The notes beneath the pieces are model-generated. The model searched no databases, was not told the DNA's origin, and saw nothing but the letters and a program-made list of their open reading frames with translations. From an uncultured Chloroflexia bacterium (GTDB taxonomy: Bacteria; Chloroflexota; Limnocylindria; Limnocylindrales; CSP1-4): DNA of 64,000 nt. Shown here one piece after another: positions 20,936 to 31,290 of this stretch. A program made the position numbers and the translations under genes. Each line of letters begins with the position of its first letter. Within the stretch, counting starts at the first letter, position 1. The stretch spans positions 1 to 64,000 of the forward strand of contig CAVRGP010000001.1 of NCBI GenBank assembly GCA_963720755.1, in the 5' to 3' direction.

Positions 20936-21835
20936 ATGACGCGGCTTGCGAACCGTACCGGAGCCCCTCCTCGGGCTCCGGTACGTCTCCCTTGGGGCCA
21001 CATCGGACTGATCCTGCCCGCCGCGGTGGGCTTGATCCTGTTCTTCCTCGCGCCGATTCTTGTCTTCGCCGCCTATAGCTTGCTGACGCCTGGCTTTTTC
21101 TCCGTGAGCGGGCCGCTGACGATCGGCAACTACGCCAAGGCGATCGACTTCAACCCTGTGGTCGTGGGTAATACGATCGCGGTCGGGCTGCTCGTTGCCG
21201 TGATCACGGTCGTGATTAGCTTGCCTGTCGCCTACTGGATCCGATTCAGCACGAGCCGATGGCAGATCCCTGTCCTGTTCATCGTCACAGCATCCGTGCT
21301 CGCGAGCTATCTCGTACGCATCTATGCGTGGCGGACGATCCTCGCCGACAACGGGGTCTTGAATTCGATCATCACGGGGCAGGGATCTGCCGATGGTCCG
21401 CTCCATCTCCTGTTCAGCCGAACCGCCATCGTCCTGGCCCTCGTCCACATCTTCCTGCCTTACGTGATCCTCGTCCTTTATGCCGGATTCCGACCCATCC
21501 AGCCTAGACACCTGGAAGCAGCCCAGGACCTTGGCGCGAACGAGTTCACACGCTGGCGGCGGGTGATCCTGCCGCTGATGGCGGCCCCGGTCGTGGCGTC
21601 GTTCTGGTTCGTTCTCGTGCTCGCGTCATCCGACTACGTGACCCCGCAGTTCCTCGGCGCCGTGAAGGACGTGATGATCGGGGTTGAGATCCAGGCGAAC
21701 TTTCGATCGTCCGGGAACTGGCCATTGGGCGCCGCGTCGTCGTTCATCGTCCTGGCGGCATTCGCCGTGGGCTATGGACTGACGCTTCTCGGGATGCGCT
21801 TGCTTCGTCTCGACCGAGTTCACTGGACCGTTTGA
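20936..21835 (+). CDS. PotB-like ABC permease
   Basis: SYLVRIYAW, LEAAQDLGA. Confidence 0.9.
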   Translation: MTRLANRTGAPPRAPVRLPWGHIGLILPAAVGLILFFLAPILVFAAYSLLTPGFFSVSGPLTIGNYAKAIDFNPVVVGNTIAVGLLVAVITVVISLPVAYWIRFSTSRWQIPVLFIVTASVLASYLVRIYAWRTILADNGVLNSIITGQGSADGPLHLLFSRTAIVLALVHIFLPYVILVLYAGFRPIQPRHLEAAQDLGANEFTRWRRVILPLMAAPVVASFWFVLVLASSDYVTPQFLGAVKDVMIGVEIQANFRSSGNWPLGAASSFIVLAAFAVGYGLTLLGMRLLRLDRVHWTV

Positions 21836-22650
21836 TGAGTCGTGCCACCCGAAGCCCAGTCGCCGCCATCGTGACGCTCTTGACACTGCTGTTCCTGGCT
21901 ATCCCTTTGGTGATCGTCGTCCTGTTCTCATTTCACGAGAGCAGTTCGCTCACCCTTCCCTTCACCGGTTTCTCGCTTCGCTGGTACGAGAAGACACTCG
22001 GCTCGGCGACATTCATCGATGCGATGCAGAACAGCTTCATGGTCGCGGTAGCCGTCTCAGCGATCACCTTTGCCCTAGGCACGCCGGCGGCGTATGGGCT
22101 GTCCCGCTTCCGGACTCGATGGCGTGGGCCGATCTTGCTGTTGTTCTTCCTGCCGATGGCGATACCGGGCCTGTTCATCGGGACTGCGCTGCTCGTATGG
22201 TTCGACTTTCTCGATCTCACCCTGTCGCTCATGACGATCGTCATCGCCCATGTGGTGTTCGTCTTCCCGTACTTCCTGCTGCTCGCCTATCAGGCCTTCA
22301 GCCGCCTCCAGCCTGGCCTCGAGCAAGTCGCCGCAGACCTCGGCGCGGGGCCGTGGACCACGTTCCGGAGGGTCGTGTTTCCTCAGGTCTCTCCCGTACT
22401 GCTGGGCGCGCTCGTCCTCTGCTTCTCTCTCTCGTTTGATGAGTTCATCATCACGTTCTTCGTTTCCGGTGGTGGCTCAACGGTTCCTCTGTTCATCTGG
22501 TCGGCCTTGCGCCGAACAGTGGATCCGACGATCAACACCGTGTCGACGCTCTTGCTCCTCATCACCCTGGGGGCGTGGCTGATCGCGTTCCTGGCGACCT
22601 TCGTCGTTCAACGTCGTCGAAGCAGCGATCCTGAGGTCATCCTGACATAG
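21832..22650 (+). CDS. PotC-like ABC permease
   Basis: GFSLRWY, AADLGA, LSFDEFIIT. Confidence 0.9.
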   Translation: MMSRATRSPVAAIVTLLTLLFLAIPLVIVVLFSFHESSSLTLPFTGFSLRWYEKTLGSATFIDAMQNSFMVAVAVSAITFALGTPAAYGLSRFRTRWRGPILLLFFLPMAIPGLFIGTALLVWFDFLDLTLSLMTIVIAHVVFVFPYFLLLAYQAFSRLQPGLEQVAADLGAGPWTTFRRVVFPQVSPVLLGALVLCFSLSFDEFIITFFVSGGGSTVPLFIWSALRRTVDPTINTVSTLLLLITLGAWLIAFLATFVVQRRRSSDPEVILT

Positions 22651-22670
22651 AAACCCCATCCCCTACCCCG

Positions 22671-23762
22671 ATGGCAGCCCTCGAGCAACTGACGATCGAG
22701 GAGGTCTCACAGACCTTCGGTCGCGTCATCGCCCTTGATGACGTCTCGCTCACGATCGAACAGGGCGAGTTCGTCACCCTCCTCGGTCCGTCCGGGTGCG
22801 GCAAGACGACGCTCCTCAATATCATCAGTGGTTTCGCGTCGCCAAGATCCGGGCGGGTCCTCCTTGGCTCTCGAGATCTGACAAGCGTCCCGGCCCACAA
22901 GCGGCCGATGAATATGGTGTTCCAGCGAGCCACACTGTTTCCGCACCTGGACGTGTTCGAGAACGTGGCCTTCGGACTTCGCGTCTCCCACACGCCCGAC
23001 CGCGAGGTCCGGGAACGCGTCGCGGAGGCGCTTGAACTTGTGCGGCTTGGCGGTTTCGCAAAGCGGCGAAGCCATGAGCTCTCTGGTGGACAGACGCAGC
23101 GGGTGGCGCTCGCGCGGGCACTGGTGAATCGGCCCAGAGTCCTCCTGCTCGATGAGCCGCTCTCGGCCCTCGACCTTCGAATCAAGCTTGAGATGGAATC
23201 TGAGCTGCGGCGGCTGCATCGGGAGACGGGCGCCACGTTCGTGTATGTCACGCACGATCAGCGTGAGGCTCTCGCCCTATCTGATCGGATCGCGGTATTC
23301 GATCGCGGTCACCTTGAACAGCTCGGCACACCGGATGAGATCTACCACCGGCCGGCAACACCGTTCGCCGCCCGGTTCGTGGGCGACTCCAATGTGCTGC
23401 CAGTCGACGTGGTTTCCGTGGCGAATGGCACGGCAACCGTGGCTGTCTGCTCTAACAACTTCGACGTCGACGCCGGCAACGTGTCATCCGTCGGTCCAGC
23501 GTGGCTCGTCATCCGCCCCGAAACTGCTCGCCTCGTGCACTCCGGGCATGAGAAGGCATGCCAGGGAGTGGTCATCGATACCGCCTTCCGCGGAACCGGG
23601 CACACCTACGAGGTTGCGCTTGAAGGTATCGCGCAGATCGTGAAGGTTGAAATGCCGTCGGCGTCGGGCGAGCCGTTTCGCATCGGTTCCCAGGTCGGCT
23701 TGACCTGGGATGGACGCGCAGCCCGCCTCCTACCCCGCCCGCCGCCGGAGATCGTGCAGTGA
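22671..23762 (+). CDS. PotA-like ABC ATPase
   Basis: GPSGCGKTT, LSGGQ, LLLDEP, YVTHD, TOBE-like C-terminus. Confidence 0.93.
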   Translation: MAALEQLTIEEVSQTFGRVIALDDVSLTIEQGEFVTLLGPSGCGKTTLLNIISGFASPRSGRVLLGSRDLTSVPAHKRPMNMVFQRATLFPHLDVFENVAFGLRVSHTPDREVRERVAEALELVRLGGFAKRRSHELSGGQTQRVALARALVNRPRVLLLDEPLSALDLRIKLEMESELRRLHRETGATFVYVTHDQREALALSDRIAVFDRGHLEQLGTPDEIYHRPATPFAARFVGDSNVLPVDVVSVANGTATVAVCSNNFDVDAGNVSSVGPAWLVIRPETARLVHSGHEKACQGVVIDTAFRGTGHTYEVALEGIAQIVKVEMPSASGEPFRIGSQVGLTWDGRAARLLPRPPPEIVQ

Positions 23763-23767
23763 CACGC

Positions 23768-24457
23768 TCACGACTGGCCCAGGCGTCCTCTCTGCAAGAC
23801 CTCCTCGATCGCCGCCGCGAGCTGGACCGGACTAGCCGCGATTGCTGTCGCCCCGGCCGCGATCAGATCGTCTGGGGCGCCGAAGCCCCACGAGACCCCC
23901 AGCCCGGGGATCTGAGCGCGGAGGGCGGCAGCCATATCGTCCGGCTGGTCCCCAACCATCACCGATCGACTCGGTTGTGCACGGCCGATCGCGCGTTCCA
24001 GCAGCGGCGTCTTGCCAGTCTCGGTGCCGTTGGAACCGACAACGAAGTCAATGTACCCAGCGAGATCAAGCTCGTTGAGGAGCCGGTCGGCGAGCCCGCT
24101 GCGCTTCAGTGTGACGACGATGAGACGCGCTCGTTGCGACAGCTCCGAGAGAGCCTGAGGTATCCCTTCGTACACGGCGGAATCGGCGACCATCCGCCTC
24201 TCATAGCGACGGAGATACGCGCGCGCGAACGGTTGTGCCTGTTCGATCGAGCCGCCCACCTGCCGCACGATTTCCACTGCAAAGAGCTCAAGGGGCGGAC
24301 CGATGAGCCGATGGATGAGCTCGATCGGGGCGGCCGGGAGGCCGACATCCGCGAGAGCGTCGTTCATCGCTCTAGGAATAGCCCTCGACGAGTCGACCAG
24401 ACAACCGTCGAGGTCCAGGAAGACCGCGTCGGTCGGCTCGTTGGACATGGAGCGCAT
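23768..24457 (-). CDS. HAD-family phosphatase (phosphoglycolate phosphatase-like)
   Basis: DLDGCLVDS, MVGDQPDD. Confidence 0.88.
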   Translation of the reverse strand: MRSMSNEPTDAVFLDLDGCLVDSSRAIPRAMNDALADVGLPAAPIELIHRLIGPPLELFAVEIVRQVGGSIEQAQPFARAYLRRYERRMVADSAVYEGIPQALSELSQRARLIVVTLKRSGLADRLLNELDLAGYIDFVVGSNGTETGKTPLLERAIGRAQPSRSVMVGDQPDDMAAALRAQIPGLGVSWGFGAPDDLIAAGATAIAASPVQLAAAIEEVLQRGRLGQS

Positions 24458-24528
24458 GCTAGTTGGTTGGACGAGGGGCAGCGCGTCTCATCGATGTCGA
24501 CCCGTCCCTCCGCCCAGATGGCGCTGGC

Positions 24529-25491
24529 GTGAACATCGTCCGCACCGTCCTCGGGGACATCGATGCAGGGAAGCTCGGCCGGGTGGATACGCACGAGCAC
24601 TTGATGATCATGGGCGGCCCGATCGTCGATCGCGACCCAGACACCTTGCTCGACGATGTAGACGAGGCCGTCAGCGAGGTCTCAGCGTTTCGAGATGCTG
24701 GCGGTGGCACCATCATCGACGCGATCCCAGTCGCATGCGGACGAGACCCGAACGCGCTCGTTGAGATCAGCCGGAAGACTGGGGTTCACATCGTCGCGAC
24801 GTCAGGCTTCCACCGCTCCACGTCGTATCCCGAGCGCCACTGGGCAAGACGATACCCGGTCGAGCTCCTGACTTCCGTGCTCGACGATGACGTCGTTCGC
24901 GGGATCGATGCCTGGGATCTTGCCGGGCCCGTCGTCGATTCGACGGCCGTTCTACCAGGCGTACTCAAGCTGGCCACGGGCCTCAACGCCATCGATCCGG
25001 CAGAGCATCGGATGCTCAAGGCAGTCGCAGCGGTTCATCGGTCCCGCGATTTGCCGATCCTGACGCACACGGAGCGCGGGACATTCGCGTCTCGCCAATT
25101 GGACTTGCTGCAGGACGAAGGAGTCGACCCATCTCGGGTCATGGTCGGACACCTCGATCGCCTTCCGGATCTGGAGGTTCACCGAGACCTCGCTAAGCGA
25201 GGGGCATTTCTTGGCTATGACGGGCTCGCAAGGGAGAAGTACCGACCTTTTCGAGCGGTCACCGAAGTCGTGCGGCAACTCATCCTCGAAGGGTTTGGCG
25301 GCCAATTACTCCTTGGCGGCGACGTTGGTCGGCGGTCCATGCGACTTGCATCTGGTGGACTCGGGATCGTCGGCGTTCTGACGACGATGGTCCCGGATCT
25401 CCGATCTGGGGGCATCACCGCAGAATCTATACAAGAGATATTGATCGCCAATCCGGCCAGGTTCTTACGGATCGCCACGTATGTCCGCTGA
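24529..25491 (+). CDS. Phosphotriesterase-related (PTE/lactonase) protein
   Basis: VRTVLGDI, THEH, GVLK, THT, GHLD, GGD. Confidence 0.88.
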   Translation: MNIVRTVLGDIDAGKLGRVDTHEHLMIMGGPIVDRDPDTLLDDVDEAVSEVSAFRDAGGGTIIDAIPVACGRDPNALVEISRKTGVHIVATSGFHRSTSYPERHWARRYPVELLTSVLDDDVVRGIDAWDLAGPVVDSTAVLPGVLKLATGLNAIDPAEHRMLKAVAAVHRSRDLPILTHTERGTFASRQLDLLQDEGVDPSRVMVGHLDRLPDLEVHRDLAKRGAFLGYDGLAREKYRPFRAVTEVVRQLILEGFGGQLLLGGDVGRRSMRLASGGLGIVGVLTTMVPDLRSGGITAESIQEILIANPARFLRIATYVR

Positions 25492-26257
25492 CGAGACACG
25501 CCAACAACGCGTCGCCCTGATAACGGGGGCGTCGAAAGGCATCGGCAGGGCGATTGCGGTACGGCTGGCTAAGGACGGCTACGTTATCGCGATCAACTAC
25601 CTGAGCGACCAGGCCGGAGCGCAAGCCGCCCTCGACGAGGTGCGCTCGGTGGGTGGCGCCGGCGCGATCTTCCAGGCTGATGTCGGAACGATCGATGGCC
25701 CAGGAGAGCTCGTGCGGTCGACCGAGCGCGAGCTCGGTCGCGTCGATGTCCTGGTCAACAATGCGGGGATCTTTCCCCTCAGTGACTGGGACTCGATCCC
25801 GATGGACCAATGGGAGCGCGTATTCAACGTCAATGTCAGGGGTGGATACCTTGCCGCTCGCGCTGCCGCTGGCGCGATGGCCAGCCGTGGGTGGGGCCGC
25901 ATCATGTTCATGTCAAGCGGAACGTTCCTGACCGGAAGTGCGCGACTCGCTCACTACGCAGCCAGCAAAGGCGCTGTCGTCGGGCTGGTGCGCTCACTTG
26001 CCCTCGCCCTCGGGGACAGCGGCATCACGGTCAATGCGGTGACAACGGGTCGGACGCTCACTGAGGGCCTCATGACCTACTTCGAGGAAGGTGAATCGAC
26101 GCTCGAGCAATCGATCGAATCGCGTCGGTCGCAGGCGATCAAACGACTCGCAGGACCCGGGGACATTGCCGGCGTCTTTGCTTTCCTCGCCTCCGAGGAT
26201 GCCTCGTACCTGACTGGTCAACTCATCAATGTCGACGGTGGGAGGAACATGCATTGA
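25481..26257 (+). CDS. SDR oxidoreductase
   Basis: TGASKGIG, NNAG, YAASK. Confidence 0.9.
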   Translation: MSADETRQQRVALITGASKGIGRAIAVRLAKDGYVIAINYLSDQAGAQAALDEVRSVGGAGAIFQADVGTIDGPGELVRSTERELGRVDVLVNNAGIFPLSDWDSIPMDQWERVFNVNVRGGYLAARAAAGAMASRGWGRIMFMSSGTFLTGSARLAHYAASKGAVVGLVRSLALALGDSGITVNAVTTGRTLTEGLMTYFEEGESTLEQSIESRRSQAIKRLAGPGDIAGVFAFLASEDASYLTGQLINVDGGRNMH

Positions 26258-27186
26258 GTGACTTGAAGCCCATCTCGGTTGTTGGAGGTACTGGCGTCGG
26301 GCTCCTCTTCACGATGCCGAGCCTTCCACGAGCGGGCCAGACCGTACTCGCGAGCACGATGACGTATATCGACGGGGGCAAGGCCGCTGGGCAGGCCATG
26401 GCAATCGCTCGCCTCCATGCCAACGTCGAGTTGATCAGCGCTATCGGTGATGATCCTCTAGGGGATCGCTTACATGCGTGGCTCGTCCGCGAGAATGTCG
26501 GCCTACAGGGACTCGCTCGGCTGGATGGAGAGGCAAGTATGTTGGCCGCGGTGGAGGTTGATGGAGCCGGCGAGAACAGCATCGTCGTGGCACTCAACGC
26601 CCTTGCCGCGTTCACCCCGACTCGCCTCGCGCAACACGCCGCTGTCATCGTCGAGTCAAGCCTATGTCTTGTGTCGCTGGAGGTGCCAATCGATACGGCG
26701 ATCGAGGCACTCAAGATCGCTAGGAGTGCCGGAGTCCGAACGGTCGTCAACCCCGCTCCGGCTCCGCCACCAGATCGGGCCGCCGAACTCATCGCCCTGA
26801 GTGATGTGATCACGCCGAACGAGACGGAGGCGGCGGCACTAGTCGGTGCGTCAGGCAGCCCCGAGGAACTCGCCTCCCAACTCCTTGCACGTGGAGCCGG
26901 CTCGGTGGCGATGACCCTGGGTGCTGACGGAGTGCTCTTTGCGGATGCCTCGACCGCGCGTCGGATCCCGGCCCCATTCGTTCCGCCCGAGCGAATCGTG
27001 GACACGGCTGGAGCCGGAGACGGATTCAACGCCGCATTCTGCGTGGCGCTCGTGCGAGGCCACTCAGAGCTGAGTGCCTGTGGTCTTGGCGTCGAAGGGG
27101 GGGCGCGGATCATCCAGGGCGAAGGCATCGTCGATGCCTTGGATCAATGGGCGGATTTCGAGATCGAAGTAGTGAACGCCAGGTGA
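26254..27186 (+). CDS. PfkB/ribokinase family kinase
   Basis: GGKAAGQA, TPNETEA, DTAGAGDGF. Confidence 0.9.
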   Translation: MSDLKPISVVGGTGVGLLFTMPSLPRAGQTVLASTMTYIDGGKAAGQAMAIARLHANVELISAIGDDPLGDRLHAWLVRENVGLQGLARLDGEASMLAAVEVDGAGENSIVVALNALAAFTPTRLAQHAAVIVESSLCLVSLEVPIDTAIEALKIARSAGVRTVVNPAPAPPPDRAAELIALSDVITPNETEAAALVGASGSPEELASQLLARGAGSVAMTLGADGVLFADASTARRIPAPFVPPERIVDTAGAGDGFNAAFCVALVRGHSELSACGLGVEGGARIIQGEGIVDALDQWADFEIEVVNAR

Positions 27187-27247
27187 ACGCCGCGCGACCG
27201 CAAACCAACATCCACGGCTCGGCGCCGAAGTCCCACTCCGTGTTGCG

Positions 27248-27269
27248 TGTACATCATATATGTGTGAAC
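27248..27269. promoter_or_regulatory. Operator upstream of dhaK
   Basis: TGTACATCATATATGTGTGAAC; 19/22 identical to the 19479 site. Confidence 0.7.
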
Positions 27270-27334
27270 ATCGCAGTGACGGATTCTCGGAGGGCGCGCG
27301 ATCGAGCCTCCGTCGCCAGGAGGGTGCATCTGCC

Positions 27335-28330
27335 ATGAAGAAGTTCATCAACAGTCCCGATAACCTTGTCGACGAACTGCTCGAGGGCTTCGCCCTCGCA
27401 CACCCGATGAAGGTCCGCCTGACGGGCGATCGACTCGTAGCCCGAGCGACCGCGAAAGGCGACGGCAAGGTCGGTGTCGTGACCCTGGGCGGCAGTGGCC
27501 ACGAGCCCGGATTGAGCGGCTTCGTGGGCGACGGACTGCTGGACGTAAGTGTGCCTGGCGAGATCTTTGCAGCCCCAGGACCCAACCGCTGTCTCGACGC
27601 ACTGAAACTTGCAGATCGCGGAGCCGGTGTCCTCTTCGTCGTCCTCAACCACGAGGGTGACGTCATGTCGGCCAAGCTTACGAACCAGTTGGCGGAGCAA
27701 GAAGGCCTAGATGTACGGACGTTGATAACCGCGGAGGACATCTCGTCTGCGCCGCGGGGCAATCCTGAAGATCGACGGGGTCTGGTTGGTTTCCTGCCGG
27801 TCTACAAGGTCGCCGGCGCCGCCGCGGAGAAAGGCCGCACCCTCGACGAGGTATTCGAGGTTGGACACCGGATGGAACGCAACATGGCAACTCTGTCTGT
27901 CGCGGTAACGCCGGCCACGCATCCTGCCACCGGCACTCCGTTCTTCGCCCTCGACGAGGACGAGATGGAGGTCGGCATGGGCCAGCACGGCGAAGCTGGC
28001 ACCGGGCGTATGAAGCTGAAGACCGCTGACGAGACGGCGTCCATGATGGCGGAAAGCCTCTTGGCGGACATCGACGCCAAGAACGGTGACCGCCTTCTGG
28101 TCATCGTCAACGGCAGCGGGTCGACCACGCTCATGGAGCTATTCATCATCTACCGCCGCGTCGATCAGATCCTCCGAGAACGCGGGGTCGAGCCCGCACG
28201 AGCCCTTGTCGGGGAGTACCTCACAGTTCAGGAACAAGGCGGTTTCCAACTCCTATTGGCGCGCATGGACGACGAGCTCCTGGAACTCTGGGACGCACCC
28301 TGTGATTCGCCGTATCTCACGGTGAAGTAG
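27335..28330 (+). CDS. dhaK: Dihydroxyacetone kinase-family K subunit
   Basis: MKKFINSP, GGSGHEP, RRGL, GMGQHGE. Confidence 0.9.
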   Translation: MKKFINSPDNLVDELLEGFALAHPMKVRLTGDRLVARATAKGDGKVGVVTLGGSGHEPGLSGFVGDGLLDVSVPGEIFAAPGPNRCLDALKLADRGAGVLFVVLNHEGDVMSAKLTNQLAEQEGLDVRTLITAEDISSAPRGNPEDRRGLVGFLPVYKVAGAAAEKGRTLDEVFEVGHRMERNMATLSVAVTPATHPATGTPFFALDEDEMEVGMGQHGEAGTGRMKLKTADETASMMAESLLADIDAKNGDRLLVIVNGSGSTTLMELFIIYRRVDQILRERGVEPARALVGEYLTVQEQGGFQLLLARMDDELLELWDAPCDSPYLTVK

Positions 28331-28337
28331 CCGCTCG

Positions 28338-29036
28338 ATGAACGGAGCCAACGGGACAAGGAAGGGCGTGGTCGGCACTCGCACGTCGATCGATGCTCCT
28401 GCCCTTTCCGCAATGGTCCTGGCAGCGTTTGAACGACTCCAAGAGCAGTCGGATCTGCTTTCGGAGCTCGATCGGGCGATAGGAGATGGCGACCATGGAA
28501 CCACCATGTCGCGCGCTGCCGGGCGCATCCGCGTTCGACTCTTGGCGGACGATGCGCCGCACACGATCGCAGCTGTACTCGATGTGGTCGGTTCCACTTT
28601 CCTCAATCTCGATGGTGGTGCGACCGGACCGCTGTTCGGCACCTTCTTCTCCGGAATGGCGAAGGCTGCAGGCGACCGAGACCACATCGACTCGGATGCC
28701 TTACCGACCATGTTCAGCGCTGGATTGAAAGCCGTGCAGGGTCTCACCAGCGCGGTACCGGGTGACAAGACACTCGTAGACGCACTCGTGCCGGCGGTAT
28801 CCGCCGTCGAAACGAGCTCTCAACTGGGCGAGCCACCCTTGGCGCAGCTTGACTCGGCGGCAGCCGCGGCTGAGGCCGGGGCTGCATCGACCAGCGACCT
28901 TCGAGCACGACACGGTCGGGCGAGGCATCTTGGCGATCGAGCCATCGGGCACGAAGACCCCGGGGCGCGGAGCATGGCCATCCTGCTCCGCGGGCTCGCC
29001 GCGGAAGGTGCTCGCGTCGTTTCGATGGAGGATTGA
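28338..29036 (+). CDS. dhaL: Dihydroxyacetone kinase-family L subunit
   Basis: [36 protein letters not shown]. Confidence 0.9.
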   Translation: MNGANGTRKGVVGTRTSIDAPALSAMVLAAFERLQEQSDLLSELDRAIGDGDHGTTMSRAAGRIRVRLLADDAPHTIAAVLDVVGSTFLNLDGGATGPLFGTFFSGMAKAAGDRDHIDSDALPTMFSAGLKAVQGLTSAVPGDKTLVDALVPAVSAVETSSQLGEPPLAQLDSAAAAAEAGAASTSDLRARHGRARHLGDRAIGHEDPGARSMAILLRGLAAEGARVVSMED

Positions 29037-29956
29037 CGACAATGCCGGATGCCGACGACCTGCAGTTGACTGGTCAGTTCGATTTCACCACCCCATCACC
29101 AGCCATTGCCGGGCAGGAAATGAAGGGTTCTGGCGCGCTCGATTGGGGTATGCGGAACAGGCTCGAACGCATCTTTGATCCGACGAGTCGAAGGACGGTC
29201 ATGCTCGCTTTCGATCATGGCTACTTCCAGGGACCAACTACCGGCCTCGAGCGACTTGACCTGTCGATCCCACCGCTGGCCGACTATGCCGATGCACTGA
29301 TGTGTACGCGCGGCGCGTTGCGTTCGACCATCGCCCCTGCGGTGGCGCGACCGATCGTGCTCCGCTGCACCGGCGGACAGAGCGTGCTCAAGGAACTCTC
29401 CAACGAGTTGGTCACCGTCGATGTCGAAGACGCCATACGCATCAACGCTTCAGCTCTCTGTGCGCAGGTCTACATCGGCGCGGAGCATGAACATGAGTCG
29501 ATCCGCAATCTGGCCGAGGTCATCAACGCCGGAAATCGGTGGGGCCTTCCAACACTCGGTGTCGTCGGGGTCGGAAAGGACCTGACACGCGATGCACGGT
29601 ACTTCCGCCTCGCCACACGAATCATCGCCGAGACGGGGGCCCATCTCGTCAAGTCGTACTACATCGAGGATGGCTTCGAAAGCGTGGTTGCGAGTTGTCC
29701 GGTCCCACTCGTCATTGCTGGCGGCAAGAAGCTCCCCGAGCGAGATGCCTTGATCATGGCGTACCGGGCGATCCAGGAAGGGGCGGCCGGCGTCGACATG
29801 GGCAGGAACATCTTCCAATCGGACTCACCCGTCGGCATGATCCGCGCCGTTCGGGCCATCGTGCACGAGGGTGCCACCGCCGATGACGCACTCTCGTTGT
29901 ATGAGTCGATCCGCTCGGAGGCCGTCGTCGCGAAGGGTTCACCCACGCATGCCTAG
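29033..29956 (+). CDS. lsrF: LsrF-like thiolase (class I aldolase fold)
   Basis: [51 protein letters not shown]. Confidence 0.88.
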   Translation: MTTMPDADDLQLTGQFDFTTPSPAIAGQEMKGSGALDWGMRNRLERIFDPTSRRTVMLAFDHGYFQGPTTGLERLDLSIPPLADYADALMCTRGALRSTIAPAVARPIVLRCTGGQSVLKELSNELVTVDVEDAIRINASALCAQVYIGAEHEHESIRNLAEVINAGNRWGLPTLGVVGVGKDLTRDARYFRLATRIIAETGAHLVKSYYIEDGFESVVASCPVPLVIAGGKKLPERDALIMAYRAIQEGAAGVDMGRNIFQSDSPVGMIRAVRAIVHEGATADDALSLYESIRSEAVVAKGSPTHA

Positions 29957-29978
29957 CCATCAACCTTGAGAGGGAGAC

Positions 29979-30278
29979 ATGAATTCAACCGAGATCACCG
30001 TCATGGCGTATTTCACGGCAAAGGAGGGCCTCGTCGACGAGCTTCGAGGCGAGCTTCTGGCGCTCGTCGAGCCGGCCAGTCACGAGCCGGGCGTGCTCCG
30101 CTTTGAACTCTATGAGTCGATCGAGAATCCACGGATGCTTGCCGCCCTCGACACCTTCGCCAGCCAGGAGGCGCTGGACTCGCACGTTGCCTCGGCGCCC
30201 GTTTCCCGCTTCTTCAACGAGGTACTGCCGAAGGTCGCAGGTCCTGCCGAAGTCGTCCGCATGCGGCGATTCGGCTAG
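29979..30278 (+). CDS. ABM / LsrG-like dimeric alpha-beta barrel protein
   Basis: EPGVLRFELYE...ALDSH; directly after lsrF. Confidence 0.75.
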   Translation: MNSTEITVMAYFTAKEGLVDELRGELLALVEPASHEPGVLRFELYESIENPRMLAALDTFASQEALDSHVASAPVSRFFNEVLPKVAGPAEVVRMRRFG

Positions 30279-30337
30279 ACCAAACTGGTCTTCAGCTCCC
30301 ATCGCGGGCATGATCGCGGCTCCGATACGGGGGCTGA

Positions 30338-31234
30338 ATGCCATTCGGACTTCTGGCGGGTCTAGGTGCTGCCTTGTCATGGGGCGTCCTGGAACTCGCG
30401 AGCGCCCTCGCTAGCCGCCGGGTCGGCAGCGCGCCGGTCGCCGCGGGAGTCGTCGTCGTCAGCGCCGCATGGTGCGTGCTGATCGCCTTCGCTGCCGGGA
30501 TAGGTCGCGGAACAGATGCCTACGCAGTTGCGGTATCGGCCCTACTCGGCCTCCTAAGTGCCGCCGCATACCTCGCCTATTTCGCAGGACTTCGCGTGGG
30601 GCCGATCTCGGTCGTCAGCGGGACGGTCGGGGCCTATGGTGGCCTGACCGTCGTTCTCGCGGTGATCCTCAGAGGCGAGTCATTGACGCCGTTGCAGGCG
30701 GCTGGAGCACTCATAGCGACTGCCGGGGTCGTCATGGTCGGGATCGCGTTCGGTGGTGGCGTTCGCGCCACTAGATTGGCAGGGCCCGGCGTAGCCTTTG
30801 CCCTCGTCGCTCTGGTGCTCTTTGCCCTGATGGCCATCACGACAGACATCGCCGTCGAACATGCCGACGTGATCACTGTGCTTCTGATCTCGCGAGTTGT
30901 GACGGCTGTCGCGGCCACGACGGCGTTCGCGATCATTCTTGCAAGGCGGCGATCGGACGTAACCGTGGCACCTGGTTCCGAACGTCCGAGCCGCTACGAC
31001 GGCCGCGTGCTGCTCGCGATCGTGTTCGCTGGAACACTCGATGTCATCGGTCTGGCGTGCTTCACGATCGGCGTGGAGACGGCTCCGACGTGGCTGGTCG
31101 GTCTTGCCTCATCATTCGCGCCGGTGGTCACGATCCTTGTCGCCGTCACGCTCCTCGGCGAGCGACTCAAATCCATCCAGTGGCTGGGGCTGGCCGGTGT
31201 CGCCGTCGGAGTCGTCGCGATCGCATTGCCGTGA
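30338..31234 (+). CDS. EamA/DMT family transporter
   Basis: About 10 TM helices in two repeats (LRGE, LLGERL). Confidence 0.85.
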   Translation: MPFGLLAGLGAALSWGVLELASALASRRVGSAPVAAGVVVVSAAWCVLIAFAAGIGRGTDAYAVAVSALLGLLSAAAYLAYFAGLRVGPISVVSGTVGAYGGLTVVLAVILRGESLTPLQAAGALIATAGVVMVGIAFGGGVRATRLAGPGVAFALVALVLFALMAITTDIAVEHADVITVLLISRVVTAVAATTAFAIILARRRSDVTVAPGSERPSRYDGRVLLAIVFAGTLDVIGLACFTIGVETAPTWLVGLASSFAPVVTILVAVTLLGERLKSIQWLGLAGVAVGVVAIALP

Positions 31235-31290
31235 CGAAACCGACCGATATCGCAGGCGTAGACGGGTCGGGTCGGGACCCATTTCCTCGG

